Positions 1 to 10,247 of a stretch of 64,000 nt of DNA are shown here, one piece after another. The notes below the pieces were generated by a model that saw nothing but the letters and a program-made list of their open reading frames with translations, made no database searches and had not been told where the DNA came from. Both the position numbers and the translations under genes were made by a program. Numbering within the stretch: position 1 is the stretch's first letter; each line of letters starts with the position of its first letter. Source of the DNA: Alistipes sp. (GTDB lineage Bacteria; Bacteroidota; Bacteroidia; Bacteroidales; Rikenellaceae); contig JAHHQM010000004.1 in the NCBI GenBank assembly GCA_020026395.1, positions 87,237 to 151,236 on the forward strand, read 5' to 3'.

Positions 1-150
1 GGGCGTATGCACTCGGATGCTCAGTTTGCAGGTTCTTCGTCGGTTCCCGCACACGTTGAGATGATGGGCTTCCTCGGCATGGGTAACAACCCCATGGTAG
101 GTGCTACGGTAGCCGTAGCCGTTAAGGTTGCTCAGGCACTCTCGAAATAA
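1..150 (+). CDS. 3' end of GGGtGRT family protein (partial)
   Basis: Frame 1 reads GRMHSDAQFAGSSSVPAHVEMMGFLGMGNNPMVGATVAVAVKVAQALSK*, which I recognise as the conserved C-terminus of GGGtGRT proteins. A terminator follows. Confidence 0.8.
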   Translation, partial: GRMHSDAQFAGSSSVPAHVEMMGFLGMGNNPMVGATVAVAVKVAQALSK

Positions 151-172
151 GAAAGCACAACATCTATATAAG

Positions 173-205
173 AAAAAGTCCTGCCCGAAAGGGTAGGACT
201 TTTTT
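173..205 (+). terminator. Rho-independent terminator
   Basis: AAAAAGTCCTGCCC-GAAA-GGGTAGGACTTTTT hairpin with T tract. Confidence 0.85.
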
Positions 206-254
206 ATTGAAAATCACAAAAAAAACGGCAGCCGCAGAGGTCGCCGTTTTTCAT

Positions 255-1178
255 TTATTTTTGCATTCGATAGGTCGATGGGGTAATTCCGGTATGATTT
301 TTGAAATATTTACCAAAGAATGACTGATTGGGGAAATTAAGGTAATAGGAGATCTCCTGAATGCTCTTGGTCGAGTATTTCAGAAGATTTTTTGCTTCCA
401 GAATGACATATTCGTCGATCCAGTTTAGGGCACTGCGGCCGCTGGTCTGACGGATGATCGTGGTCAGGTATTTCGGCGTCAGGTTCAGCTGCTCGGCATA
501 GAAACCCACGGAGCGTTCCTGCATGTAGTATTGCCCCAGGATCTGCATGAAGCGGTGGAAATACTCCTCCTGACGATTGTGAATCGGACGGGAGAAGGGC
601 ATGCGGTTGACATCCTTGATGTGGTGGTCGATGACGCGGCACAACTTATAGATCAGCATACGGATCGCCGTACGGACGATCTCGACGGTATAGACCTCAT
701 CCTCGAAGTTCTTCCACTCGGCGGCGATGTCCTCGAACGAGTGGATGATGGGCTGGAGGTCGTTTTCGGGAATCGGAATCAGCGGATTTTTGTCCAGCTG
801 AAGGAAAAGACCCGTGAGGAGTTTCAAATCGACATTGATGCGGCGGATGAAATCCTCGGAACACATGATCAGATAGACCTCGGCGTTCTCCATCGACTCC
901 ACCTGAATAATCGAACCGGGGAGATTCACATAAAGCGCATTCTCCGAAAGGGTATAGTGATTCAGGTTGGAATTGATGTTCAAAGATCCTCTCGAACAAA
1001 CACCGATGCCATATGCGTCGATACGCACGGGATAACGCAGCAACTCGGAACGGACGGCATTGGCGAAATCGACCCGCGATGCGATGAGGCAGCCCTCGTG
1101 ATAGAGGTCTTCCTTGCGTATGCTGTTCTCCTCGATGAGTTGGGACAGCGACAGACTTTGAATTTCCCTTTTCTCCAT
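255..1178 (-). CDS. AraC family transcriptional regulator
   Basis: C-terminal AraC double HTH (YAEQLNLTPKYLT...IQEISYYLNFPNQSFFGKYFK). Divergent from an RND operon. Confidence 0.92.
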   Translation of the reverse strand: MEKREIQSLSLSQLIEENSIRKEDLYHEGCLIASRVDFANAVRSELLRYPVRIDAYGIGVCSRGSLNINSNLNHYTLSENALYVNLPGSIIQVESMENAEVYLIMCSEDFIRRINVDLKLLTGLFLQLDKNPLIPIPENDLQPIIHSFEDIAAEWKNFEDEVYTVEIVRTAIRMLIYKLCRVIDHHIKDVNRMPFSRPIHNRQEEYFHRFMQILGQYYMQERSVGFYAEQLNLTPKYLTTIIRQTSGRSALNWIDEYVILEAKNLLKYSTKSIQEISYYLNFPNQSFFGKYFKNHTGITPSTYRMQK

Positions 1179-1330
1179 TTTAGTATGATTTTCACGACAA
1201 ATATATGAATTTTAATGCTCTTTGTTCGCCTAAAAGTACGATATGCGAAAAATAGACCAACATCCCCGACATTAGGGTGTATGAAGATCGGCGAGAAAGT
1301 GGCAATTTTGCATTGAAAATAAGATCAGAG

Positions 1331-2350
1331 ATGAAAAAGTTCGTTTTTTTTGCATTTTTACTTGCGCTGGCATCCTGCGGATCCAACGCACCGAAACATC
1401 AGGCGGAACCCTTGCGCATCGGCACGACAGTCGTTGCTCCTGCATCGGACATCGCCACCAGAATTTATGTGGGAACCATTGAAGAAGAGCGCAGTGTGGC
1501 GCTGAGTTTCCCGTTGGGCGGAACGGTGGCCCGTTCGCTGGTCAGCGAAGGAGAATTCGTAAAGAAGGGTCAACTGCTTGCCGAACTCGACCTCACATCG
1601 GCACAACAAACCTACGATGCCGCCGAGGCAACCCTGACCCAGGCACAGGACGCCTATGCCCGTTTGAAACAACTCTACGATGCGGAATCGCTGCCCGAAA
1701 TCAAGTGGGTCGAAGTACAGACCCAGTTGCGTAAGGCCGAGGCCGCATTCCAAATCGCACAAAAGAATCTGAACGATTGCACGATCACGGCTCCCTTTGC
1801 GGGCGTTGTCGGCAAGCGTATGAAGGAAGCAGGGGAACAGGCTCTGCCGGGTATGCCCGTCATTTCGCTTCTGGATATTTCGAAGGTGAAGGTCTCGTTC
1901 CCCGTTCCCGAGCAGGAGATCTCCTCGATCAATGCCGAAAGCCGCATTTCGATCGTGGTAGCCGCTCTGGGAGATAAAAAGTTCGAGGCAACGAATCCCG
2001 AAAAGAGCATTGTGGCCGACCTTGCAGCCCATAGTTATAAGGTACGCGCCGAAGTGGTGAGCGACAATCACGAATTGTTGCCCGGCATGGTGTGCCGCGT
2101 GGTAGTTGCGCCCGAACACAAGGAGGGCAAGGCCGAAGAATATGTTTTACCGCTGTCCGCCGTTCGTGAAGACGGAAACGGCACTCATTTTGTATGGTTG
2201 GTCGAGGATGACCACGTAACGCGCCACAATGTAGAAGTCGGCCGCATGATCGACAACGGAATCATCATCCGCGAAGGACTCACGACGGGTGACCGTGTCG
2301 TAAGCGACGGCATTCAGAAGATTGGTGAGGGCAGCAAAGTCGTTTGGTAG
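1331..2350 (+). CDS. RND efflux periplasmic adaptor (MFP) lipoprotein
   Basis: Lipobox LALASC after MKKFVFF; lipoyl-like and hairpin motifs (EGEFVKKGQLLAELD, ITAPFAGVV, LLPGM). Start set at the ATG at 1331. Confidence 0.9.
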   Translation: MKKFVFFAFLLALASCGSNAPKHQAEPLRIGTTVVAPASDIATRIYVGTIEEERSVALSFPLGGTVARSLVSEGEFVKKGQLLAELDLTSAQQTYDAAEATLTQAQDAYARLKQLYDAESLPEIKWVEVQTQLRKAEAAFQIAQKNLNDCTITAPFAGVVGKRMKEAGEQALPGMPVISLLDISKVKVSFPVPEQEISSINAESRISIVVAALGDKKFEATNPEKSIVADLAAHSYKVRAEVVSDNHELLPGMVCRVVVAPEHKEGKAEEYVLPLSAVREDGNGTHFVWLVEDDHVTRHNVEVGRMIDNGIIIREGLTTGDRVVSDGIQKIGEGSKVVW

Positions 2351-2352
2351 TC

Positions 2353-5300
2353 ATGAAGAAAAAAAGGAATTTGATATTATGGGCGATGCGGAACTACCGC
2401 ATCACGTTCCTCATTATCGGGTGTTTGTTCGTGCTGGGTCTGTTCGGCTTGAACTACATACCCAAGCAGGAATTCCCCGAATTCACGATCCGTCAGGGCG
2501 TGGTGGTCGGTGTTTATCCGGGTGCCACGAGCGAGGAGGTCGAGGAGCAGCTGACGCGTCCTTTGGAGCGCTTTATGATGACCTACAAGGAGGTCAAGCG
2601 TGCCAAGACCACTTCAACATCAAAGAACGGACTGTGTATCCTGATGGTCGAACTCGAAGACGAAGTCACCGACAAGGACGCCGTGTGGTCGAAGATCAAA
2701 CACGGTCTGGCCGCATTCAAGATGCAGCTGCCGAAGGGTGTGGCCGCCGTGGTAACGCAGGATGATTTCGGCGATACGTCGGCACTTTTGATCACCATCG
2801 AATCCGACACGCGTTCCTACCGCGAACTAAAGGAGTACCTCGATAAATTGAACGACCGTCTGCGTCGCATCAAGTCGGTTTCCAACCTGCGCCCCTACGG
2901 TGTGCAGTCGGAGCAGATCTCGATCTATGTCGATCGTGAGCGTCTGGCGGCATACGGCATCGGCGAGCAGACGCTTGCCATGTTGCTTTCGTCGCAGGGA
3001 CTGACCGCACTGGGCGGTTCGGTAAGCAACTCAACGACCGAGACCCCGATTCACCTTGCACCGACGCTCTCCAGCGAGCAGGAGGTGGCCAACCAGATCC
3101 TGTGGAGTTCACCCACGGGCGAGGTGCTGCGTGTGAAGGATGTGGCACGTGTCGTCCGCGAGTATGACAATCCCGACAAATACATCAAGAACAACGGTCA
3201 CCGTTGCGTGCTGCTCTCCATGGAGATGCGTCCGGGATTCAACATCGTGGCCTTCGGTGAAGAGGTCGATGAGGTTTTGGCCGATTTCATTGCCGAGGAT
3301 CTTCCCTCGGATGTACACGTCGAGCGTATTGCCGATCAGGCGAAAGTGGTGCGCAATTCGGTGTACTCGTTCCTGCGCGATCTGGTTGTGTCGATGATCA
3401 TCATCATTGCCATCATGATGTTGCTGTTCCCGTGGCGTTCGGCCGTGGTTGCCGCAATAACTATTCCGCTTTCGACGGCCATTTCGATCGGTATCATGTA
3501 TGCGTGCGGCATTCCGTTGAATACGGTAACCCTCGCCGCACTGATCGTCGTGCTGGGTATGATCGTCGACAACTCGATTGTGGTTATCGACGGCTATCTG
3601 AACTACCTCTCGATGGGACACTCGCGCTGGTACGCTGCCGCAGAGAGTGCACGCGAATTCTTCCCGTCGTTGTTCCTGGCCACGATCTGCATCTGCATGA
3701 TCTTCTTCCCGCTGCTTGTGACCAACAAGGGTATCATCCTTGACTTTATCGCATACTTCCCGTGGACGGTAGCCATCAACCTGATGGTGTCGCTACTGCT
3801 TGCCGTGCTGGTGATCCCGTTCCTCGAGATCCTCATCATCCGCAAAGCCTCCTCGACGACGAAGGACAAGCCCTCGTTCACGGATCGCGTACTGCATCTC
3901 TATCGTCGTGTGCTGATCTGGACGTTCCGTCACGGATGGCTCACCATCGGACTGGGTGTCGTATCGGTAGTCATCGCCCTGATGATCGTTCCGAAGCTCA
4001 ACATGCGTATGTTGCCTTTCGCCGACCGTGACCAGTTCGCCGTGGAGATCTACCTCAATGCCGATGCGCCGATCGAGCGCACGGCCGCCGTAGCCGACTC
4101 GGTATACAATGTACTGAAGGTCGATCCGCGCGTACAGTCGATGACCACGTTCATCGGTTGCTCTTCGCCGCGTTTCCAGATGAGTTACGCGCCGCAAATC
4201 GCCGGTAAGAACTACGCCCAGTTTATTGTGAACACCGCCTCGCTGGAGGAGACCGACAAACTGCTCGACGAATATTCCGACCAGTGGAACGACCGCTTCC
4301 CCGATGCACAGGTTAAGTTCAAGCAATTGGACTACCAGAACGTGCCGGGATTGGAGTTGCGTTTCTACAGCGACGACATCGACTCGCTGAAAGTAGCGGG
4401 CGAGCGTCTGATGGCCAAGATGCGCCAGATGCCCGAATTGAAGTGGGTACACTCCGACTACACGACGCAACAGGCCGTCATCGACGTAAAACTCGATCCC
4501 GTGCTGGCTCCGCAATTGGGCGTGACGCGCACGACGGCAGCCATCAACCTTGCCCTGGCAGGCGGTGATCTTCCGATCGGTTCGGTTTGGGAGGGCGACT
4601 ACGAACTGCCCGTCGAACTCAAGATCGACCCGTCGCTCGGAGAACGCACGTTGAGCGATGTCGAGAATACGTTCATTTCGACCGTTACTCCTACCGTAAG
4701 TGTTCCCTTACGCCAGATCGCAAAGGTCGAACCGCGTTGGAGCGAGAGCCAGATCGTACACCGCAACGGCGTACGCTGCCTGTCGGTTTCGGCTGATTTG
4801 AAACGTGGCGAAAATGCGCTGAAGATGCTCCACAAGATCACCGATGTTCTCGAAAACGAGGTTACCCTGCCGCAGGGCGTCACGACCGAGATCGGTGGCG
4901 AGTACGAATTTGATACGGAGACCTTCCCGCCGATTGCAACGGGTCTGGGTGTGTCACTGATCATCATTTTCTTCTTCATTCTGTCGAATTTCCGCGAGTT
5001 CAAGATCACGATTGTCATCATGTTGTCCATGTCGTTGTGCCTGTTCGGTGCCATGATCGGACTGTGGATCTCGGGATTTACGATCGGTCTTACGTCGGTA
5101 TTGGGATTCATCACCCTGCTGGGTATGATCGTGCGTAACGTCATCCTGATGTATCAGCACGCCGAGGAGAAGCGTCTGCACGACCGTTGGCCGGCACGCA
5201 TCGCCGCCTACGACGCAGGTCGCCGCCGTATGGTTCCCATCTTCCTCACCACAGCCACCACGGCCGTCGGCGTGATCCCGATGATGGTCAGCGGAAGTAC

Positions 5301-5403
5301 GTTCTGGGCACCTGTGGGTGTTTCGATTTTTGCCGGCGGTATCGGTTCGCTGATCCTCGTGATCACCGTTCTGCCCGTCCTTTATTCAAAAATATTCAAA
5401 TAA
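2353..5403 (+). CDS. RND efflux permease (AcrB/CusA family)
   Basis: About 1016 aa; YPGATSEEVEEQLTRPLE, GMIVDNSIVV, RRMVPIFLTTATT motifs. Confidence 0.93.
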   Translation: MKKKRNLILWAMRNYRITFLIIGCLFVLGLFGLNYIPKQEFPEFTIRQGVVVGVYPGATSEEVEEQLTRPLERFMMTYKEVKRAKTTSTSKNGLCILMVELEDEVTDKDAVWSKIKHGLAAFKMQLPKGVAAVVTQDDFGDTSALLITIESDTRSYRELKEYLDKLNDRLRRIKSVSNLRPYGVQSEQISIYVDRERLAAYGIGEQTLAMLLSSQGLTALGGSVSNSTTETPIHLAPTLSSEQEVANQILWSSPTGEVLRVKDVARVVREYDNPDKYIKNNGHRCVLLSMEMRPGFNIVAFGEEVDEVLADFIAEDLPSDVHVERIADQAKVVRNSVYSFLRDLVVSMIIIIAIMMLLFPWRSAVVAAITIPLSTAISIGIMYACGIPLNTVTLAALIVVLGMIVDNSIVVIDGYLNYLSMGHSRWYAAAESAREFFPSLFLATICICMIFFPLLVTNKGIILDFIAYFPWTVAINLMVSLLLAVLVIPFLEILIIRKASSTTKDKPSFTDRVLHLYRRVLIWTFRHGWLTIGLGVVSVVIALMIVPKLNMRMLPFADRDQFAVEIYLNADAPIERTAAVADSVYNVLKVDPRVQSMTTFIGCSSPRFQMSYAPQIAGKNYAQFIVNTASLEETDKLLDEYSDQWNDRFPDAQVKFKQLDYQNVPGLELRFYSDDIDSLKVAGERLMAKMRQMPELKWVHSDYTTQQAVIDVKLDPVLAPQLGVTRTTAAINLALAGGDLPIGSVWEGDYELPVELKIDPSLGERTLSDVENTFISTVTPTVSVPLRQIAKVEPRWSESQIVHRNGVRCLSVSADLKRGENALKMLHKITDVLENEVTLPQGVTTEIGGEYEFDTETFPPIATGLGVSLIIIFFFILSNFREFKITIVIMLSMSLCLFGAMIGLWISGFTIGLTSVLGFITLLGMIVRNVILMYQHAEEKRLHDRWPARIAAYDAGRRRMVPIFLTTATTAVGVIPMMVSGSTFWAPVGVSIFAGGIGSLILVITVLPVLYSKIFK

Positions 5404-6701
5404 TGAAAAAGACACTTTGCACATTGCTCCTTGCGGGGCTCGCCCTCGGAGTTTCGGCACAAACCCTCACCCTGGAGGAGTGCCGACAGGCTGCAATCGA
5501 ACATAACCACACGCTCAAAAACAGCAATCTGGATATCGAAGCCGCCCGTCAGACCCGTCGCGAAACATTCACGAATTACTTTCCGCAGATTTCGGCACAG
5601 GGTATGGTGTTTCAGGCTCAACACGGCCTGGCGCAGATGGATCTGAAGGTTCCGCTGCCCCTGCCCGGTATGTCGGGCCCGCTGACACTTCCGTTGTCGA
5701 TCGGCAAGAGGGGTTTGGCTGCAGGTGTCGTTGCCGTGCAGCCCGTATTCATGGGTTTGAAGATCATCAACGGCAATAAACTTGCCCGACTGGGTGAGGA
5801 GGTGAGCGCCCTGCAATATCGTCAGAACGAAAACGATGTGCACGAGAAGACCGATGCCTACTATTGGCAGATCGTGTCGCTCAAGGAGAACCTCAATACG
5901 CTGAATGCCGTCGATCGTCAGCTGAACGAGATCTATCGTCAGGCCGAACTTTCGCTCAAGGCGGGTCTCGTGACCAAGAACGACCTCCTGCGCGTGGAAT
6001 TGCGCAAACAGGAGATCGCCTTGACCCGACTGAAGGTCGAGAACGGAATCCACATCTCGAAGATGCTCCTCGCACAACACACGGGTAAGGATTGGCACGG
6101 ATTCGACATTTCGTACAAGGCATTCTCGATTCCCGAAGCGCCGTCGAAATACTACGTTCCCACGGAGGAGGCTTTGGATCAGAGAGTCGAGAAACTGCTG
6201 GCCGAGAAGAATGTCGAGGCACACAAATACCAGAAACGTATGGAGCGCAGCAAGAACCTGCCCACGGTGGGTGTCGGTGCGGGCTACATGCACTACAACT
6301 TCACCGAGAAGGACGTGAACAACGGATTGGTATTTGCTCAGGTTTCACTGCCTATTTCGCAGTGGTGGGGTGGTTCGCACGCCGTAAAACGCGCCCGCAT
6401 CAAGGAGCAGCAAGCCGAAAACGACCTGCGTCATGCCAAGGAGATGCTGACCATCGAGATCGAAAAGACGTGGAGCGAACTTCAGGAGGCCTATGCCGAG
6501 ATTGACATCGCCCGCCGTTCGGTTTCATCGGCCACCGAAAACCTCCGTCAGCACACCGCCTACTACGCCGCAGGCACGGCTTCGCTGACCGAACTGCTCG
6601 ATGCCGAAACCATCTTCACCCGCAGCAAAAACGATCTGACGGACGCTTGCGCCAATTATCAGACCGCACTGTCAAACTACATGCGTGTGACGGGCAGATA
6701 A
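5403..6701 (+). CDS. TolC family outer membrane efflux protein
   Basis: Signal peptide then LTLEECRQAAIEHN; TAATG stop/start overlap with the permease; OEP repeat pattern. Confidence 0.9.
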   Translation: MKKTLCTLLLAGLALGVSAQTLTLEECRQAAIEHNHTLKNSNLDIEAARQTRRETFTNYFPQISAQGMVFQAQHGLAQMDLKVPLPLPGMSGPLTLPLSIGKRGLAAGVVAVQPVFMGLKIINGNKLARLGEEVSALQYRQNENDVHEKTDAYYWQIVSLKENLNTLNAVDRQLNEIYRQAELSLKAGLVTKNDLLRVELRKQEIALTRLKVENGIHISKMLLAQHTGKDWHGFDISYKAFSIPEAPSKYYVPTEEALDQRVEKLLAEKNVEAHKYQKRMERSKNLPTVGVGAGYMHYNFTEKDVNNGLVFAQVSLPISQWWGGSHAVKRARIKEQQAENDLRHAKEMLTIEIEKTWSELQEAYAEIDIARRSVSSATENLRQHTAYYAAGTASLTELLDAETIFTRSKNDLTDACANYQTALSNYMRVTGR

Positions 6702-6720
6702 ACCCTCATATACGAATACA

Positions 6721-6755
6721 AAAAGAGCGTCTCTTGTTTTAAGAGACGCTCTTTT
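6721..6755. terminator. Bidirectional terminator
   Basis: AAAAGAGCGTCTCTT-GTTTT-AAGAGACGCTCTTTT between convergent tolC and ruvB. Confidence 0.85.
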
Positions 6756-6758
6756 ATT

Positions 6759-7763
6759 TTAGAACAGGCCGTTGTCCCCTTGCGGGATCGAATAGCCCAA
6801 ATGTTTGTAAGCGAGTTCCGTGACTTCTCGTCCGCGGGGCGTACGCTTGAGAAATCCCTCCTTGATGAGGAACGGTTCGTAGACCTCCTCGATCGTACCG
6901 CCGTCTTCGCCGACCGCCGTGGCAATCGTATTGATACCCACGGGGCCACCCTTGAATTTCTCGATGATCGTACCGAGGATCTTGTTGTCCATGCTGTCCA
7001 GTCCGCGCGAGTCGATGTTGAGTGCCGTAAGGGCAAATCGCGTGATCTCCAAGTCGATACGGCCTTCGCCCTTCACCATCGCAAAGTCGCGCACACGGCG
7101 CAGCAGGGCATTGGCAATACGGGGCGTACCGCGCGATCGCATCGCCACTTCCAATGCGGCCTCGTCGTCGATCGCCACATCCAGAATACGTGCCGAGCGT
7201 TTGACGATCTGTGCCAACACCTCCGAATCGTAATACTCCAAGTGGCAGGAGATTCCGAAACGGGCACGGAGCGGGGAGGTCAGCAGTCCGCTTCGGGTCG
7301 TGGCACCGATCAGCGTGAAGGGTGCCAACTCGATCTGAATCGAACGTGCCGAAGGACCCTTGTCCAGAACGATATCAATCTTATAATCCTCCATCGCCGA
7401 ATAGAGATACTCCTCGACAATGGGACTCAGGCGGTGAATCTCGTCGATGAACAACACATCACCCGGATTGAGGTTCGTAAGCAGTCCCGCCAGATCTCCC
7501 GGCTTATCCAGCACGGGACCCGACGTTACGCGCAGTTCGGCACCCATCTCATTGGCGATGATGTTGGCCAAAGTCGTTTTACCCAATCCCGGAGGTCCGT
7601 GCAGCAGGACGTGATCCAGCGAATCGCCACGCATCAGCGCGGCCTTGATGAAGATGCGGAGGTTCTCGACAATCTTATCCTGACCCGAAAAAGTCTCTAA
7701 CTCTTGCGGGCGGATTTTGTTTTCAAATTCGAGATCGCTCTCTGTGTTTCTAACTATTGACAT
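6759..7763 (-). CDS. ruvB: Holliday junction branch migration helicase RuvB
   Basis: [51 protein letters not shown]. Confidence 0.98.
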   Translation of the reverse strand: MSIVRNTESDLEFENKIRPQELETFSGQDKIVENLRIFIKAALMRGDSLDHVLLHGPPGLGKTTLANIIANEMGAELRVTSGPVLDKPGDLAGLLTNLNPGDVLFIDEIHRLSPIVEEYLYSAMEDYKIDIVLDKGPSARSIQIELAPFTLIGATTRSGLLTSPLRARFGISCHLEYYDSEVLAQIVKRSARILDVAIDDEAALEVAMRSRGTPRIANALLRRVRDFAMVKGEGRIDLEITRFALTALNIDSRGLDSMDNKILGTIIEKFKGGPVGINTIATAVGEDGGTIEEVYEPFLIKEGFLKRTPRGREVTELAYKHLGYSIPQGDNGLF

Positions 7764-7831
7764 AGGACAAAGGTACGAAAATTCGGTTGAAATATTCCGC
7801 CGTTTCCGAAATTATGCGTATTTTTGTTGAT

Positions 7832-9277
7832 ATGAATATCGTCTTTGTACTTCTATTTGCCATCGCATTGACGGCGGCCGTTGTCGCCTTTATGCTCTAT
7901 CGTTCGCGCGGCGAACAAACGGCACGCCTTACCCAGGAAAACGAATTGCTCCGCGAGGAGAATCTGCGTCAAAAAGATGCATTTGCCAACGAGCAGCGAG
8001 CCCGTGTGGAGGCCGACACGCTCCGCAATACGACCTCGAGCCGCCTTTCGACGGCCGAGCAGGAGTTGTCTGCGTTGCGCGAAAAGCACCTCAATCAGAG
8101 CCGCGAATTGGCTTCGTTGCAGGCGTCGAGCCAGGCCGAGATCCAAAAGCTCCGTGAGCAGAACGCGACCGACCGTGCCGCCGAACTCGAAGCCCGCGAA
8201 AAGCAGGAGGAACAGTTCCGCCAGCAGTTCAAGTTGCTCTCCACGAAGATCCTCGACGAACAATCGGCCAAATTCCAGGAAAACAACAAAGAGTCGATTG
8301 ATGTTCTGCTGAAGCCGTTCCGCGACAACATCACCGAATTCCGCAAACGAGTCGAGGAGATCCACACCACGCAGACCTCCCAACGCGGCGAACTGAAAGC
8401 CGAATTGAAGAACCTGATGGATCTGAACAAACGCATCACCACCGAGACGACCAATCTGACGAATGCCCTGAAGGGAAATTCAAAGGTACAGGGCGATTGG
8501 GGTGAGATGTTGCTCGAAACGATCCTCGACAACTCATCGCTTTTGAAGGGCATCCACTACGAAACGCAGTACAACGTCAAGGACGAGGAGGGCAACAACC
8601 TGCGTCCCGATGTGGTGTTGCACCTGCCCGAGGAGAAGAACATCATCATCGACTCGAAAGTATCGCTGACGGCCTTTGTGGCCTATACCTCGGCCGAGAG
8701 TGAAGAGGAGCGCCAAATCCACCTGAAGAAGCACCTCGAATCGGTTCGCCAGCACGTAACGGAACTCGGTCGTAAGGAGTACCAGCGTCTGATGAAATCG
8801 CCCGATTTCGTCATCATGTTCATTCCGAACGAACCCGCCTTTCTGACCGCCCTGCAATCCGATCCTTCCATTTGGTCGGATGCCTACGAAAAGAAGGTCA
8901 TCATCTCGTCGCCCACGAACCTCTTCGCCCTGCTGAAGATGGTGGCCGACCTTTGGAAATACAACGATCAGGACAAGAATACGAAACGCATCGCCGAAAC
9001 GGCCAACAAACTCTACGAACAAGTCGTGCGTTTTGCCTCTTCGCTCGAAGCCGTAGGCTCGGCCTTGGGAAAGGCGCAAGCCGCCTACGATGATGCGCAG
9101 AAACGCCTCAGCACCGGCAACAACAACATTGTCCGTCTGGGCGAGGGACTGCGTAAGACGGCCTCTCTGCAAAGCAAACAGCACTTCTCGAAAGCACTTT
9201 TGGAGGCCGACGACAACGAGGCGGACGATACGGATGAAATTTTACTGACGGAAAATACCAACGACCATGAAGAATAA
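7832..9277 (+). CDS. rmuC: DNA recombination protein RmuC
   Basis: N-terminal TM and coiled coil; QGDWGEMLLE, RPDVVLHLP, IIDSKVSL, PDFVIMFIPNE. Confidence 0.95.
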   Translation: MNIVFVLLFAIALTAAVVAFMLYRSRGEQTARLTQENELLREENLRQKDAFANEQRARVEADTLRNTTSSRLSTAEQELSALREKHLNQSRELASLQASSQAEIQKLREQNATDRAAELEAREKQEEQFRQQFKLLSTKILDEQSAKFQENNKESIDVLLKPFRDNITEFRKRVEEIHTTQTSQRGELKAELKNLMDLNKRITTETTNLTNALKGNSKVQGDWGEMLLETILDNSSLLKGIHYETQYNVKDEEGNNLRPDVVLHLPEEKNIIIDSKVSLTAFVAYTSAESEEERQIHLKKHLESVRQHVTELGRKEYQRLMKSPDFVIMFIPNEPAFLTALQSDPSIWSDAYEKKVIISSPTNLFALLKMVADLWKYNDQDKNTKRIAETANKLYEQVVRFASSLEAVGSALGKAQAAYDDAQKRLSTGNNNIVRLGEGLRKTASLQSKQHFSKALLEADDNEADDTDEILLTENTNDHEE

Positions 9278-9722
9278 CGACGCCCTTTTGCAATTCACGA
9301 TTCATTATCCCTCGGTGACCTTTGCCGCATTCGGCAATCAGGAACACGGCGCAATGAGTCAGGGAAACGAATTCCGCCAATTGCTCTATGGCGACAAGGG
9401 AATGCTCTCCCCGCTGAAAGAGATCTCGGCGGCCGATTACGGCCACGACCTGGAGCATATCGCTTTCGATTTCCACATCAACCCGTGCGACTTCGAGATC
9501 AACGACATCCGAGCCGTCGGCGCGTATCGCAAAAAGATACATTCGATTGATGTGGCGGTGATTGTGGGGGAGGATTTCTTCCGAAAGGCAGACGAGGAGC
9601 GTCGCCAATGGGTTAAAGGACAAATTCAGGAGCGTATCCGGCAAGTGGGGCTGATCACCTCGCGTCAGAAGCTCGATACCGACATCGAACGCCTGCTGCA
9701 AGACCTCGAATCCCGATTATAA
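9267..9722 (+). CDS. Hypothetical protein, possibly immunity (Imm)-like
   Basis: 151 aa ORF overlapping the rmuC stop, with host-like codon usage and a terminator downstream. Family assignment is only a resemblance. Confidence 0.6.
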   Translation: MKNNDALLQFTIHYPSVTFAAFGNQEHGAMSQGNEFRQLLYGDKGMLSPLKEISAADYGHDLEHIAFDFHINPCDFEINDIRAVGAYRKKIHSIDVAVIVGEDFFRKADEERRQWVKGQIQERIRQVGLITSRQKLDTDIERLLQDLESRL

Positions 9723-9725
9723 GAA

Positions 9726-9759
9726 AAAAGCACTTTAAGAACGATCTTAAAGTGCTTTT
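9726..9759. terminator. Bidirectional terminator
   Basis: AAAAGCACTTTAAGA-ACGA-TCTTAAAGTGCTTTT between convergent genes. Confidence 0.85.
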
Positions 9760-9761
9760 CT

Positions 9762-10247
9762 TTATTGATCCCGAAACGAGAAATATTTGGCGGCCAGGAA
9801 ACTATAAATGATCGTGATGACGGTGGTGATCACCTTGGCGGGTGTCGGCCATATGTGACAGACCTCGACGAAGAATTTCAGTCCCGCATAGGTCAGGAGC
9901 ACCGACCCGCCGATCGAAATCACATACCGTACAAATTGTGTGCGTCGTCTTAGGCGCGACTCCCCGAAAACCACATTGCGATTCAGCCAGAATCCGTTGA
10001 ACGACGTCAGCGGGAAGACCAGAATCATCGACGCGATGTGGGGCGAAAGGAATACCACCCCGAGGTCGAAAAAGCGGTCGGGAGTGACCACAAAGTGATA
10101 AATCAGGAAGTAAAGCATCGGGTCAAGCACCAGAAAATTCAATCCACCGCATGCCGCATAACGAAACATTTGTCGCGTGAAAAATCGCGCGACAAATGGC
10201 AGGTAAAAACAATCGATTGTCTTTCGTAGTATTTCCGACAGGCTCAT
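9762..10247 (-). CDS. GtrA family membrane protein
   Basis: Four TM segments; FRYAACGG, FWLNRNVVF, QFVRY, KYFSF. Confidence 0.85.
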   Translation of the reverse strand: MSLSEILRKTIDCFYLPFVARFFTRQMFRYAACGGLNFLVLDPMLYFLIYHFVVTPDRFFDLGVVFLSPHIASMILVFPLTSFNGFWLNRNVVFGESRLRRRTQFVRYVISIGGSVLLTYAGLKFFVEVCHIWPTPAKVITTVITIIYSFLAAKYFSFRDQ

